From: Klebsormidium nitens
Lineage: Eukaryota; Plantae; Klebsormidiophyceae
NCBI GenBank assembly: GCA_000708835.1
Contig: DF237085.1
Location: forward strand, 1-64,000
Length of the DNA stretch: 64,000 nt
Direction: 5' to 3'
The translations under genes were made by a program, and so were the position numbers. The notes under the pieces are model-generated. The model did no database searches. It was not told the origin of the DNA and worked only from the letters and a program-made list of their open reading frames with translations. This document shows, piece by piece, positions 1 through 10,134 of this stretch. The number at the start of each line of letters is the position of its first letter. The stretch's first letter is position 1.

Positions 1-995
1 CCATCGCGACCCGGGACGTATGGCGGCGGGGGATCTCGCGGCGCTCCCCCGCGTTTACCCCGACCTCTCGGTTGTACCGCTCCAGCACTCCAACGTCGAT
101 CTTCTTCAGAGACGCGAGCTCCTCCGCTGAGTAGATGCCCACCATGTGGTCCAGCAGCTGCGGGGAGCTTCCCTCGACGGGGAGCGGGGGCCGGTCCGAC
201 CCCCTCTTTTGAGAGTAGAGCATCCGGAAGCACTTGAACTTGGCGAACACAGAGGGGTCCCAGATCAGCTTGGGGCCTCTCTGGGGGTCGGGCGTATGCC
301 AGAGGTACTGAGTACTCGTCTCAGTGCAAGAGATGCGCGGAGAGGTTCTTCTGAAAGTGCTCAAAGGCCTTCTTGTACTCGTTGCGGGCGTGAAAGTCCT
401 CGAGGTAGTATCCGCGCAACAGCTCGTGAGTGCTCCACTTGTACCCGCCGTCGGCCGCGTCCCCGTGCGCCTCGCTGCACTCGAACCGGATGCTCTCGGG
501 TGGGATGCCCATCACGTCCACCAGAAAGGCGTCTCTCACTTCGTCCATGTGCCTCTTGTACCGCTCGAAGGCCCCTTCCACCCTGCTTGCCGTCCGCAGG
601 TCGATGTCCGCGTACAGCTTGGTCGGCAGGCCTTCGGTCAAGCCCTCGTATAGATTGGGGTGGCCGAGGCTCATCTCCTTGCGGCGCGTGACGTAGTCCT
701 GCAAGGCGGACGGGTCGCGGATGCTGCCGTACTTTTTCGCCCCCGAGTGCTTCGACACGTCGCAGACGATCAAGATACGGTCTTCGCCAGCCGCCATCGC
801 CCGTCGGCACTGCTCCAGCGGCTTTTCCGTGGTGAACCAAGACTGCCCCGCGGCGTCGGTCTTCGGTCGTGACTGCACGCACATGCTCACGTCCTGACGC
901 TTGCTGTTGGTTGCCGCACAGTCATCTTCGTCTGCGGAGCCCCCCATGGTGTCCTCGATGCTCTCGCCCCTTGCGTCGGACGTTGGCTGCTGCAA
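1..995 (-). pseudogene. AEP/PrimPol-family primase(-polymerase) domain, intronless, one in-frame TGA, runs off the left window edge
   Basis: ORF 321..995 has NLYEGLTEGLPTKLYADID (motif I DxD) and KWSTHELLRGYY (motif II His). Reading through TGA 321-323 in the same frame gives DEYSVPLAYARPQRGPKLIWDPSVFAKFKCFRMLYSQKRGSDRPPLPVEGSSPQLLDHMVGIY (motif III, D..V...FR....K), open down to base 1. Confidence 0.75.
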
Positions 996-1134
996 AGAGT
1001 CGAAGCGACCATTGAACGTCCACGTGCACGAGGCCAGCAGGGGGTGCGTCGAGCCGGCATGATGGGGCCGATTGGCTTACTGACTGGGTCCCTAAGCCAT
1101 CACTCCTGGGCAAGGACCCCGACCGATTGCTGGC

Positions 1135-1522
1135 CTGCGAGCGAGCGCATGGCCCTCCGCCATTCCTCCTCCTGCCAAAGACTCATCAGTAGATTTTTGT
1201 CACCTATCTAGTCCTATAGTCTATATACTTCTTCGCAAGCATCTACTGATTTTTTTGGATTTCACGCCCTCTCACGCTGGAGCACGAAGCGAGCCTCCTA
1301 CCTTTGTGCAAAACTCTGAACACCTTGAACAGCTAGCCAAACTCTCCCATGTCAATTTGCGAGCTAGCGCATGGTCCCCCACCTTCCTCCTCCTGCCAAA
1401 GACTCATCAGTAGATTTTTGTCACCTATATAGTCCTATAGTCTATATACTTCTTTGCAAGAATCTACTTATTTTTTTTGACCTCACGCCTCTCACGCTGG
1501 AGCACGAAGCGAGCCTCCTACC
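1135..1522 (-). repeat. Two tandem ~221-bp-period units, each with a ~65-bp inverted-repeat core (H1 1185-1250, H2 1406-1471)
   Basis: Near-identical cctcctcctgccaaagactcatcagtagatttttgtcacctat...caag.atctact.att...ctcacgctggagcacgaagcgagcctcctacct occurs twice. Confidence 0.9.
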
Positions 1523-1758
1523 TCGGGGTTTTCCTCACGCGTGACGAGCCAGTCCCGCAACGTCGATCGCTCCTGCTTGATTGGGGCAGTGTCGTCGGCT
1601 CCGATGCGTGCGGCCATGTCTGCCATGCAGCTGATCAAGGGGCCCGGCTTGCTGACGGGGCCGGTGCGCATAGCTTCGATCTCGGCCGCCCTTTGCACCC
1701 CATAGGCGCGGAGGCCCTCTCTGTTGTTGGCGATCAGCTCCGCGGCCTGCTCGCTCAT
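1492..1758 (-). CDS. Small intronless hypothetical ORF (88 aa)
   Basis: ATG-started, helical-looking composition (MSEQAAELIANNREGLRAYG...). No recognisable domain; the end overlaps the repeat unit. Confidence 0.25.
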   Translation of the reverse strand: MSEQAAELIANNREGLRAYGVQRAAEIEAMRTGPVSKPGPLISCMADMAARIGADDTAPIKQERSTLRDWLVTREENPEVGGSLRAPA

Positions 1759-2332
1759 GGCGGGAGTATGCTCGACTTGTGGGTGTGCGCGTCTGTGGAA
1801 GAGTGTGGAGGATAGTCAGATGGTCCTGTTTTGTGAGACATGATACATAATGATTCGGAAGCCGACTGTACAGATCCAGATAATCGCAAATGGGTTTTCA
1901 GAACAGGTACAACACGAGCAAGGGGGGGGACGGATTGGTACATGCCGCAATGCCTTACTGGCATCCGTAAGTACCAACAAATGAGGGGAAGGCAATAGCG
2001 CTTTTGCTGGGGGCTTTGCCCCACCCTTCAAGCGAAGCGGTCGAGAGGCTGGAGGCAGAGGCTTCATCTGCCTTGCTCCTGGTCTGGCCGGGTCTGCGCC
2101 TCGGTCCTCCAGTTGACTTCGACTCGCGGCAGAACCTGCAGGTGTGAAGGATTGTGTTCAGAAAAGATGCACGGAGTGACTCGCGTGCCACGAGTGCGTG
2201 GGCAAAACCCACGAGCAAAGCAATGATGGCGGGTATTTGAGGTTCAGCAGGTCTGCAGAGCGGTGAGGCTTCCCAGAACGGTCATTGCGTTCAATATCAG
2301 TCGGACATTTCCGTTGGTGAACATACATATCG

Positions 2333-2533
2333 ATGACGAAGTCCGTGGAAGAGGTGAAGCTCGCAAAGGCCGCAAAAGCAAAAGCTCTCCGAGCCCTGAA
2401 AGCTGAGCAGAGGATCAAGGCTATGATTGCATTATCGGAGAAGAGGGACGAGCTGGAAGGCAAGGACATCGAACGAGAATGCATGGAACAAGATGAGGCT
2501 CGCAGACTCGCCGTTAGCTGTGGGCACAGGTGA
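2333..2533 (+). CDS. Small charged coiled-coil ORF or exon
   Basis: MTKSVEEVKLAKAAKAKALRALKAEQRIKAM...; ends at CAG|gtgagg, which may be a splice donor rather than a stop. Confidence 0.25.
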   Translation: MTKSVEEVKLAKAAKAKALRALKAEQRIKAMIALSEKRDELEGKDIERECMEQDEARRLAVSCGHR

Positions 2534-2564
2534 GGGGAGCTCTCCAGTCTGAATGATTGGAAAG

Positions 2565-2900
2565 CTATTTGTCGTCTTGTTTTTGAGCGTTTGTTGCAGG
2601 CGACGCATGCCTCACCGCTTTTGATGATCGGGCGGAGGTCAGGCACCCCGGCAACGTGCTCTGCTTGTGGGCGTCATTCGGTTGAGGGGGTGGCTTTTCC
2701 CAGATGATGTTGCCGTCTTCCATCAAATTCCAGTGCCGAGGGTCGAAATTCACATCCGCCTCTAAGACATCGTCGAGCGTGTCCTCCAAGCTCGCTCAGC
2801 CGAGTTCGCGTCTCTGACGGGCTCGAACGGCTTTCAGCTCGGCCTTCTGCTCGGCCATGAAGGTTGCGGCCTTTCTGCTCGCCTCAGCGGTGTGCGTCGG
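2565..2900 (-). pseudogene. Hypothetical ORF interrupted by one in-frame TGA at 2796-2798
   Basis: Track ORFs 2796..3011 and 2565..2789 share a frame: MAEQKAELKAVRARQRRELG*ASLEDTLDDVLEADVNFDPRHWNLMEDGNIIWEKPPP. Confidence 0.3.
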
Positions 2901-3952
2901 CAGTTGAGTCTTTGTTGTGCGCCTGTTGAATGCACTAATAACGATTAGTTCCAGAGTGCAGAAAGAGCGAGGCCTGCTTGCGATGGTCTTGTGTGGGCTT
3001 GCAAAATGCACGAGCTGCTTGGCGATCGGGAAGGAGCCGACGAAGCCCTAGCAAAGCCCCTACCTGCTGCGTTTTGGGGCGGGAAGCTGGGTAACGCTAC
3101 TGTCTTCCTCGTCCAAGCGTGATTCACTGTGGATATCCGCACCATCTCCTTCCTGCAAGCAAGGAGCGCAAGGCCACAGGTTAGACTCACGGATGATGGG
3201 ATCCTGCAGCGGCGAGGGCGATAGCGCTTTGCTAGGGGCTTCGCCCGGCCCCCAAGCGAAGCGCTATGGGAGCTTGGCCATCCACGAGCACGGGATCGGA
3301 GCTCACCGGAGGTAGTGGAGGGCCGCCACCCGGAGTTTTGGAGGTGCCGCCCACCCTGGGGGGGCTTTCTCGGAGCGGCTGATTGCTGAAGCGCGGCGCG
3401 ACCTAGAAGGCGTGGGGTTCCTTAAAATCAGTAGATTTTTGCGAACAACTCTATAGACTATAGGACCATATAGATTGCAAAATTCTACTGCCGCGTCTCT
3501 GGCGTAAGGAGGAAGGAGCAGGATCACACGCTAGCTTGCAAATCCTATCTGGAGGCTCAGACGAAACTCCAAAGGCATCCCACACAACTCGCAAGCAACA
3601 GCTACCAGGCCTTCAGAAAGGTCCATCATTGTTGACCAGTAGAGTGTGCTGGCCTTGCAGCAATGGGGACGGATGCCGAAGGAGCTCACCAAAGGCTGTG
3701 GAGAGCCGCCAGCTGGAGCCTCGGAGGTGCCCGCCCCGGGGGGCCCCTCTCGGAACCGCAGAAGGCCAGAATATGGCATGACCTGGAAGGCGTGGGGTTT
3801 CCAATCAATCAGTAGATTTTGCGAACAACTATATAGACTATAGGACTATATAGATTGCAAAAATCTACTGATGAGTCTCTGGTTGGAGGAGGGAGGAGCA
3901 GAACCACGCGCTAGCTCGCAAATCCTGTCTGGAGCCTAGGCTCAGACGAAAC

Positions 3953-4471
3953 TCAAAATGCATTCCGCACTACTCGCAAACAACAGCTGCCAATCGTTCG
4001 GAAGGACCATGCATCAATCATCGATGGATGTTTGGAAGGCAACGCAGGATCCGAGAGAAAGCTCACCGGCGTTCGCATCCGACCGCCATCTGACGAGTCA
4101 AGACTGCCTGTAGAGGAGCCCTAGGAGAGCGATGCGCTGTTGCAGGATGATGGAGGAGTGACCGCAGACATGGCCTGGAAGGATACATAAATTGATTGAG
4201 CCTAGCTCTGCTATCAGGGAGTAGAGCTGAGAAGCAAGAGCATGACTGGAGCTGGCCTTGTGATGGAGCTGATGCCAGTCAGAAACCTTAAGTTGACGAT
4301 GGAGCTGACCCGCGAGCTCTTGCAGCTTACCTGGTAGCTGGCATGGGCGCTCATTTCTTGTGCAGCATCATGGTGAGCCTCTCCGGTCGGAGTTCCTGAT
4401 AGGCGCAGATTTCTTTGGAACTCTGCAAACTGTTCCACTGACTGCAAGCCATGGAGCGGTCGTGCTGCCAT
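3953..4471 (-). pseudogene. Two-exon orphan gene, copy 1, premature TAG at 4121-4123
   Basis: Exon 4471-4331 (MAARPLHGLQSVEQFAEFQR...ASYQ|gtaag) and exon 4174-3953. The paralog at 10974-11508 has GAG at the equivalent codon. Confidence 0.35.
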
Positions 4472-4667
4472 GCTTGCGATGAGCGCTGAGATACAAAGCT
4501 TTGAGGCTGGAGTGCTGCACTTGCGATGATGCTTTTGTTGCGCCCCTGAGCGGCTGGTCGGCAATTGAGGTTTGAATACAGAGGCGGGAAAGTGCTGAGT
4601 TGGAGCACCTTCCCCACCAATCGGAGCCTTCTGGAACATGTCGGCTGCCCGCCGAGCGTGCCAAGTC

Positions 4668-5509
4668 CCTGTCTGGCATAAACTTCTTGTCCCCTAGAAT
4701 GTTCAGATAAATATGTGCATCGGACGGTTCAGAACCAGAGGAAGTGACATCGACGGTCACTTCCGCTGAATCCCCGGGCACTTTCAGCGGTTGCCCAAGA
4801 CTGACAAAGTTGCTCAGTAAAACCAAAGTCCCGGAAGTCAAGGCCTAAACCGGAACACCTACAGCCAGTAATTTGAAGCAGAAGACTGCCGCAATGGCTG
4901 CCTTGTGCTCAGGGCTTGAGGAGGCAGGGACGGGCTGTGGGGGGAGAGTAGAAGGTCTTTCTCCACAAACTTTGCATTTCAGCAAGCTAGGATTGCTTTT
5001 TGTAGAGCAGTCTTGCCGTTGAGATTGCAAAATTTGATGTATAGTTGCCCCGGCGACTTTCAACAAAACCTCCATTGCGCCTCCGAGGCTCCTTTTAGGG
5101 TTGAAAGGCACATTTTGGATTTGGGGGGAGAATGTGCATCAAATTTACCTTTGAAAGCAGCTGGTATTCAATTTATAGGTTGCACATAGCTTCAGGTTGC
5201 CGTTGGGTTTGAGAAATTTTGGTCATGGGTGCTGCTCCCAGCTCATTTCAGCCATGTCGGCAGCCATGGCGGCCAGTCTGAGGTGCTGGGCAAAATAACA
5301 ATTTTGGACTTCACCACTTTCGGGCGCTGTCCCTCCTTTCTGCGACCTTTAGGCGGGGGATGGACTCAGCCTTCTGTTCAGCAAAGGCAATCGGCGTACC
5401 GTCCGATCTTAGAAAATAGAACGATTTCAACCGTTGGATGCCCGGACTGCGCCCGGTACGCCAAAAATTACTTAAGCAGGCCAGCGGACGGAGGTTCATG
5501 CCAGACAGG
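4668..5509. mobile_element. Non-autonomous DNA transposon, 842 bp, 19-bp imperfect TIRs, 5-bp TSD AAGTC
   Basis: Left end cctgtctggcataaacttc (4668), right end gaggttcatgccagacagg (5509). AAGTC at 4663-4667 and 5510-5514. The paralogous site near 11717 has a single AAGTC and no insert. Confidence 0.9.
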
Positions 5510-5599
5510 AAGTCAGCATCGGCGGCCCGCCGGGGAGGAAACCGCAACCGTTTTTGAAAAACCGTCGACGCACGATCGAACGGTCGGGAATCGACGCGG

Positions 5600-5775
5600 T
5601 CTGCAGCGGACGGTCCCGAAAAAATCAGTCGATTTTTGCAAGTAATCACTATATCTGAAGGATTATATAGTTGACAAAAATCGACTGCGGTGGGTACGGT
5701 CCGCTCTTGCAGTGGGGGGCGAACACTCGCCTTGTTCTCCCGCAGATTCTGCCCCCCGGCCGGTTTAGCTCTTAC
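5600..5775 (+). repeat. Block B with hairpin H5 (5624-5688); inverted copy at ~11960-12135
   Basis: Reverse complement matches cagagcgggccgtacgcaccgcagtcgatttttgtcaactatataatcctt...gggaccgtccgctg. Confidence 0.9.
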
Positions 5776-6841
5776 ACCCCCATGAGGACCGATCACGAGG
5801 TCTGGCGGCGCGTTTGATGACATTTAAACCCGTCTAGATTTGTCGCGTTCGGGTTACTGTACTATTTGAGTGTCATATAACCCCACGGGTTAGCTGAAAT
5901 TTGGAAGAGGGTTACTGACTAAGGTCGCCGGAATCAAAAGCACCGCCCCGGTGTGCCAATTTGATGAATTTTTTCCAGTGCTCCGGATATTCAAATGGCC
6001 AGCCCCGTAGAAGCGGTAATGGCTGCGGTAAAGGATTAAGACCGGCAGTCGGTGGAGGTTTGGCATTTCGACGGTGCTGAGTCTCGATTTTTGCGGACAG
6101 TCGGACCCTCGGGCCGGGGGGGACACGCGTCAGCTATCGGGCGGCTGAAAATCAGTGTTTGCCATAGCTTTGCCCGGGACCGGCATTCTGCTGGCTACTG
6201 GGCGTTTTCATCGGCAGAAGTTGCTTGCGGACCGGCCCGGTATATTCTTTACCGGTCTCTTCGAAGGCAGAACTGATCTTCTCTCTGTTATTTGAGCCGG
6301 TCCCCTGTTTATTCCACCGGCATTTGTGCCGGTACCGAGCCGGCTCGGTGCCTTCGGCACCGGCCGAATTCGACTTTTTACCGGCCAGGTCCAGAGCCAT
6401 TAGCGGCTCGTGGCAAACACTGCTGAAAATAAGGTTGAAGTTCATTTGGTTTGCTGCTGATTGGGACCAACAAACCACTGAGTGTCACTCTAGCTTGAAG
6501 TTGAACGCTGACACAGCACTCAGACCGGCTTCTGATGAGAGAACTGAGAAGATTATCCAGCAGATCAAGGTCAGCCGAAGCTACCTAGTTGGATTTGCAG
6601 CTTTCAGAGGGGGCATAACCGTGACAAAACTGCTATCGTTTGAATTTCCAAAGTTCAGCGCCCCGGTATTAAGAATTGAATTTTGCAGCTCCTATAGGTA
6701 TCTATTGTGTAGTTAAGGAGAAGGCAGAGGCAAAGGGAGCTAGGAGGAATTTGGGCACCTTGTAGAATTGAATCAGGCAGGTCCTAACGTTGGCTGCAAT
6801 AGAAGGACAGAGCAGAAAGCAGCTCAGTTTAAGAAAGGACA

Positions 6842-7576
6842 CAATGGCAAGCTCATTTGGTGGATTCGGTGGCTTTGGTGGAAACCCGAGAATGATGACT
6901 TTCTACGAGAATCGGCACAGAAGGCCGGCGGCGGTAGCAAGATGTGAAAAAGCAGCAAGCAGTAACAGTACCACTATTCGTGTACCTACTTCTGTGATTG
7001 AGACGGGTGTATCGTGGGTAACTCTTGGCATTGGTGGCGCATCGGTGGCATTGATGGCCTACGGGGCAAATTCGTTTGTAAGTTTTGATTTCACAAGCTT
7101 CACATGGTAAAGTGATTAAGAAAACTAACTCATTGTTGCAGAGTTCCAACAGTTTCAAAAATGACAAAAGTATTGAATAGTTTGAAGAGCAATGTAGATT
7201 GCCAGTGTTCAACTTCCAACTGATAGATAGCATCACTGCCATGAAGTGTATGCCTGGTGACTTGGACGATTTCTGCCATTCAGGATTGTTTAAGCACTGC
7301 TCTGTCAATCGTCCATTTGAGAAGCTCTGTATGTCTGCCGGCAAGTGAGGATCAAACGTTAGAAGTTGAGTGATCGTCTCCCTTGATATCTTGTCCATGT
7401 TTTGACAGGTACGAGACGTGACCTTTAAGCATGTGAAACCTCTGGAGACTGACCTGAAGAAGGTTGGCAAGGATGTCCGCAACATGCAGACAGATGTCAG
7501 AATGATAAAGATGCAGATGAACCACAACCAAAAGCTCATCCTTGAAAAGTTTCAAAACCTGGAAGTGCAAGTGAAG
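6842..7576 (+). CDS. Putative orphan gene: Gly-rich N-terminus, one hydrophobic helix, then a coiled-coil exon (3' end unresolved)
   Basis: MASSFGGFGGFGGNPR...VSWVTLGIGGASVALMAYGANS followed by a gtaagt donor. Exon ~7409-7576 (cag|VRDVTFKHVKPLETDLKKVGKDVRNMQTDVRMIK...VK|gtaatg). Confidence 0.4.
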
Positions 7577-9559
7577 GTAATGAGAGTTATTCCTTCCTGT
7601 TTGACATTCTGAACAAGCAGAAGCCCTTTGGTCATACTTCTGCTCTGCATCGAAGCAGATCAACATTGCAAGTGGTTTCTCCAACATGGTTACTTCGTCA
7701 ATCCTGCTCTTACTGTTGCCACCACCATGCATAATCGCTTCTTGCATATGCTCATGCAATTGAATGTGCTGCAGATTTTGTTAAGAATAGAATCTGCTGC
7801 AGATTTTGTTATATGTAGATCTGCTAACATGTGAGCATGCTCTACAAGGGGCGAAATAGATGGCTCGAGGTAAGCTGGTTTTTAAGACTGATCGTTTCTG
7901 GTCAAAGTTCTGCGTGCTTGGTATGATTGCTGCTTTCTGGCATCTAACAATCACGAGTGAAATAACGCATCTGGATGCATGAACCATCTGCAATAATTAG
8001 CCAAGCAAAGTTCATAGACGCAAACTTGAATTGAGCTTATTGATGACCAAGACACCGGTGTACCTTGCTTGTGCAAGGCTTTGAGATATGGTCAATTTTG
8101 GAAGCAAAGAATGTCTTCCTTTGGCTTGCAACTTTGTCTTCGCATGAATGTTCTTCAGATTGAGCTGCTGCGTTGTTTCTGCAGGACTTGTCAACGTAAA
8201 TATTCTCAAAAAATTTGACAATACTTTTGACAAGAATAACAGTAGATATAGCTACGTGAAGTCCTAACCCAGGCCCAACACTTCTCCAATGACAAGAGAC
8301 TTTGCTAGGTTCTTGTTCAACATCCTCTGAAGGCAGTAGCAAAGGGAACCAGAGTTCACATGCTAGGATGCTGAAGGACAAGATGTGACCATGGAAAAGA
8401 GGACAATTCCTAAAGACATTCATTTGTTTGATATTGAAAGAGAAAGATTGCATGTATAGCTAGATATGAAGACTTGCAGTGCCGTGTTCTAACAAAGAAC
8501 TTTCTGGTGTTTCTTCTTTTTAAACAAGCACCAAAAGGTGAACGTCTCTGACTTCACCTTTTCAAATCTGAATGCCACTGCAACTCGTCATGCCTGCTTT
8601 CATGCAATCTTGATATATGGATCTTGAATCATGCACGACATCGCGGACCTCACCCACAAGCGCATCCTTAAGGGCAAGGCCCAAGACGAGTAGCTTTAGC
8701 ATTTGAGCTACATAGCCAGATAACGAGTCCGCCACAGCAGTTTGCCATAACGCCACCCTGCCTTTGTTACTCATGCATAGCATAGCTTACGAGACATACT
8801 CAGATACATTCCCCTCCTATGCACGATTATGTAGTTTTGCAGCGACGTGATGCTTGATTTCGTTACGAAGTTACAACTTGGACATGACATTGCAGCCGTA
8901 GCAAGCTGCAGTGTCAGCTCATCGTATTGCGTCTCACCGGAGCATTGCCCAATGGCTCAACGTGGCTCAGGGTGTATAAAAGCAAGTGACCATCTCGAAT
9001 AAGTTAAGGGAAAAGGAAATTGAACGATAGCACTTGGTCCCTAACTCAAGGGGAGTCGAACATATCGCATATGGTCCTAGATGCAAACTGCTCGAATTCA
9101 GATCATGTCAGTTGCAATCATACGAAATTATTCAGGTGAAGCCCGATTGAATGTTAAATTCCATAAGTGTAACTGAGGTCATATGGTATGGTCTCTTTAC
9201 AAAAACGCAGTAGCCAAACAGGCCATAGGCTTCTCATGGCACACATGTGGACGTGTTCTTATGCGTTTTTTCAATGCTTTTGAATCCTGATACTGCCTAA
9301 GGTACTCGAGCAATATTGAGGATGAAGTCTAGCTAAAGTAAGAAATTTTGTAGAGTTCGTACCTAAAGCTACGCTTGACCGTCGCTAGAGCTTGGGTCCC
9401 CCGGAGACGTGGCTGCTAATCGGTAGCCCCTGCGAAGGAGACCGCCCCCGGGTATCTGGTGGACTTGGAGCTGCAACCGCCGGACTGTGCCGCAGCTGCC
9501 GCTGCACATAGAGACCGAGCGGTTCAGTCAAGAGTTGCCACTTGGCACGCGGTCCTCCA

Positions 9560-10090
9560 CCACCCTTCCGGCGGACTGTCAATCCGTCAAAATTTGCAAG
9601 GATATTAGTACTGAAGATTTAGAGTATAGACGCAAGTTTTGACTGATTCAAGTTCCTGCACCGCGGCAGTCCTAGCTGGAGAGGGGCGTGTGCCAGCTGG
9701 TGATTTGCAAGAATGGAGGCATGCCACACGTGCTCGCACAGAGTTTGCAAAAAGTCAGGATTGCCAGCTGGCGTGCGGTCCTCCGCCATCCTTCCGCTTG
9801 ACCGCCATCAGTCAAAATTTGAAAGGATATTAGTACTAAAGATATAGAGTATAGACGCAAGTTTTGACTGATTCCAAGTTCCTGCACCGCGGCAATCCAA
9901 GCTAGAGAGGGACGCGTGCCAGCTGGCGGTATGCCTCACATGCTCGCGCGGAGTTCGCAGACAGTCAGTACTTGCGAGCTAGCGCGCGGAAGCTCCTCCA
10001 TCCTTCTGGCCGACGGTCACGCAGTCGAGTTTTGCATGGTATATAGTTCTAAAGATATAGAGTATAGTCGCAAAAATCGACTGCTGTCCA
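9560..10090 (-). repeat. Three tandem ~220-bp units with hairpins H6 9582-9647, H7 9807-9872, H8 10021-10084
   Basis: Repeated tcaaaatttg.aaggatattagtact.aagat.tagagtatagacgcaagttttgactgatt; the reverse complement matches H9/H10. Confidence 0.9.
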
Positions 10091-10134
10091 AGCTGCTGCA
10101 CTGGGTCGCTTGCCAGTTCCGAGCCTGTTGCTCC

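Larger units (their letters stand above)
3130..5600 (+). repeat. Copy 1 of a diverged ~1.6-kb direct duplication (interrupted by the 842-bp insertion); contains hairpins H3 3427-3490 and H4 3808-3872
   Basis: Collinear similarity to 10135-11805, from ccttcctgcaagcaaggag.gcaaggccaca through aggaaaccgcaaccg...cggtcgggaatcgacg. Confidence 0.9.

Noticed and set aside
321-323. Selenocysteine or programmed readthrough at the primase TGA
   Set aside because: The position is not a Cys or redox site, no SECIS was recognised, and neighbouring ORFs show similar isolated stops consistent with decay.
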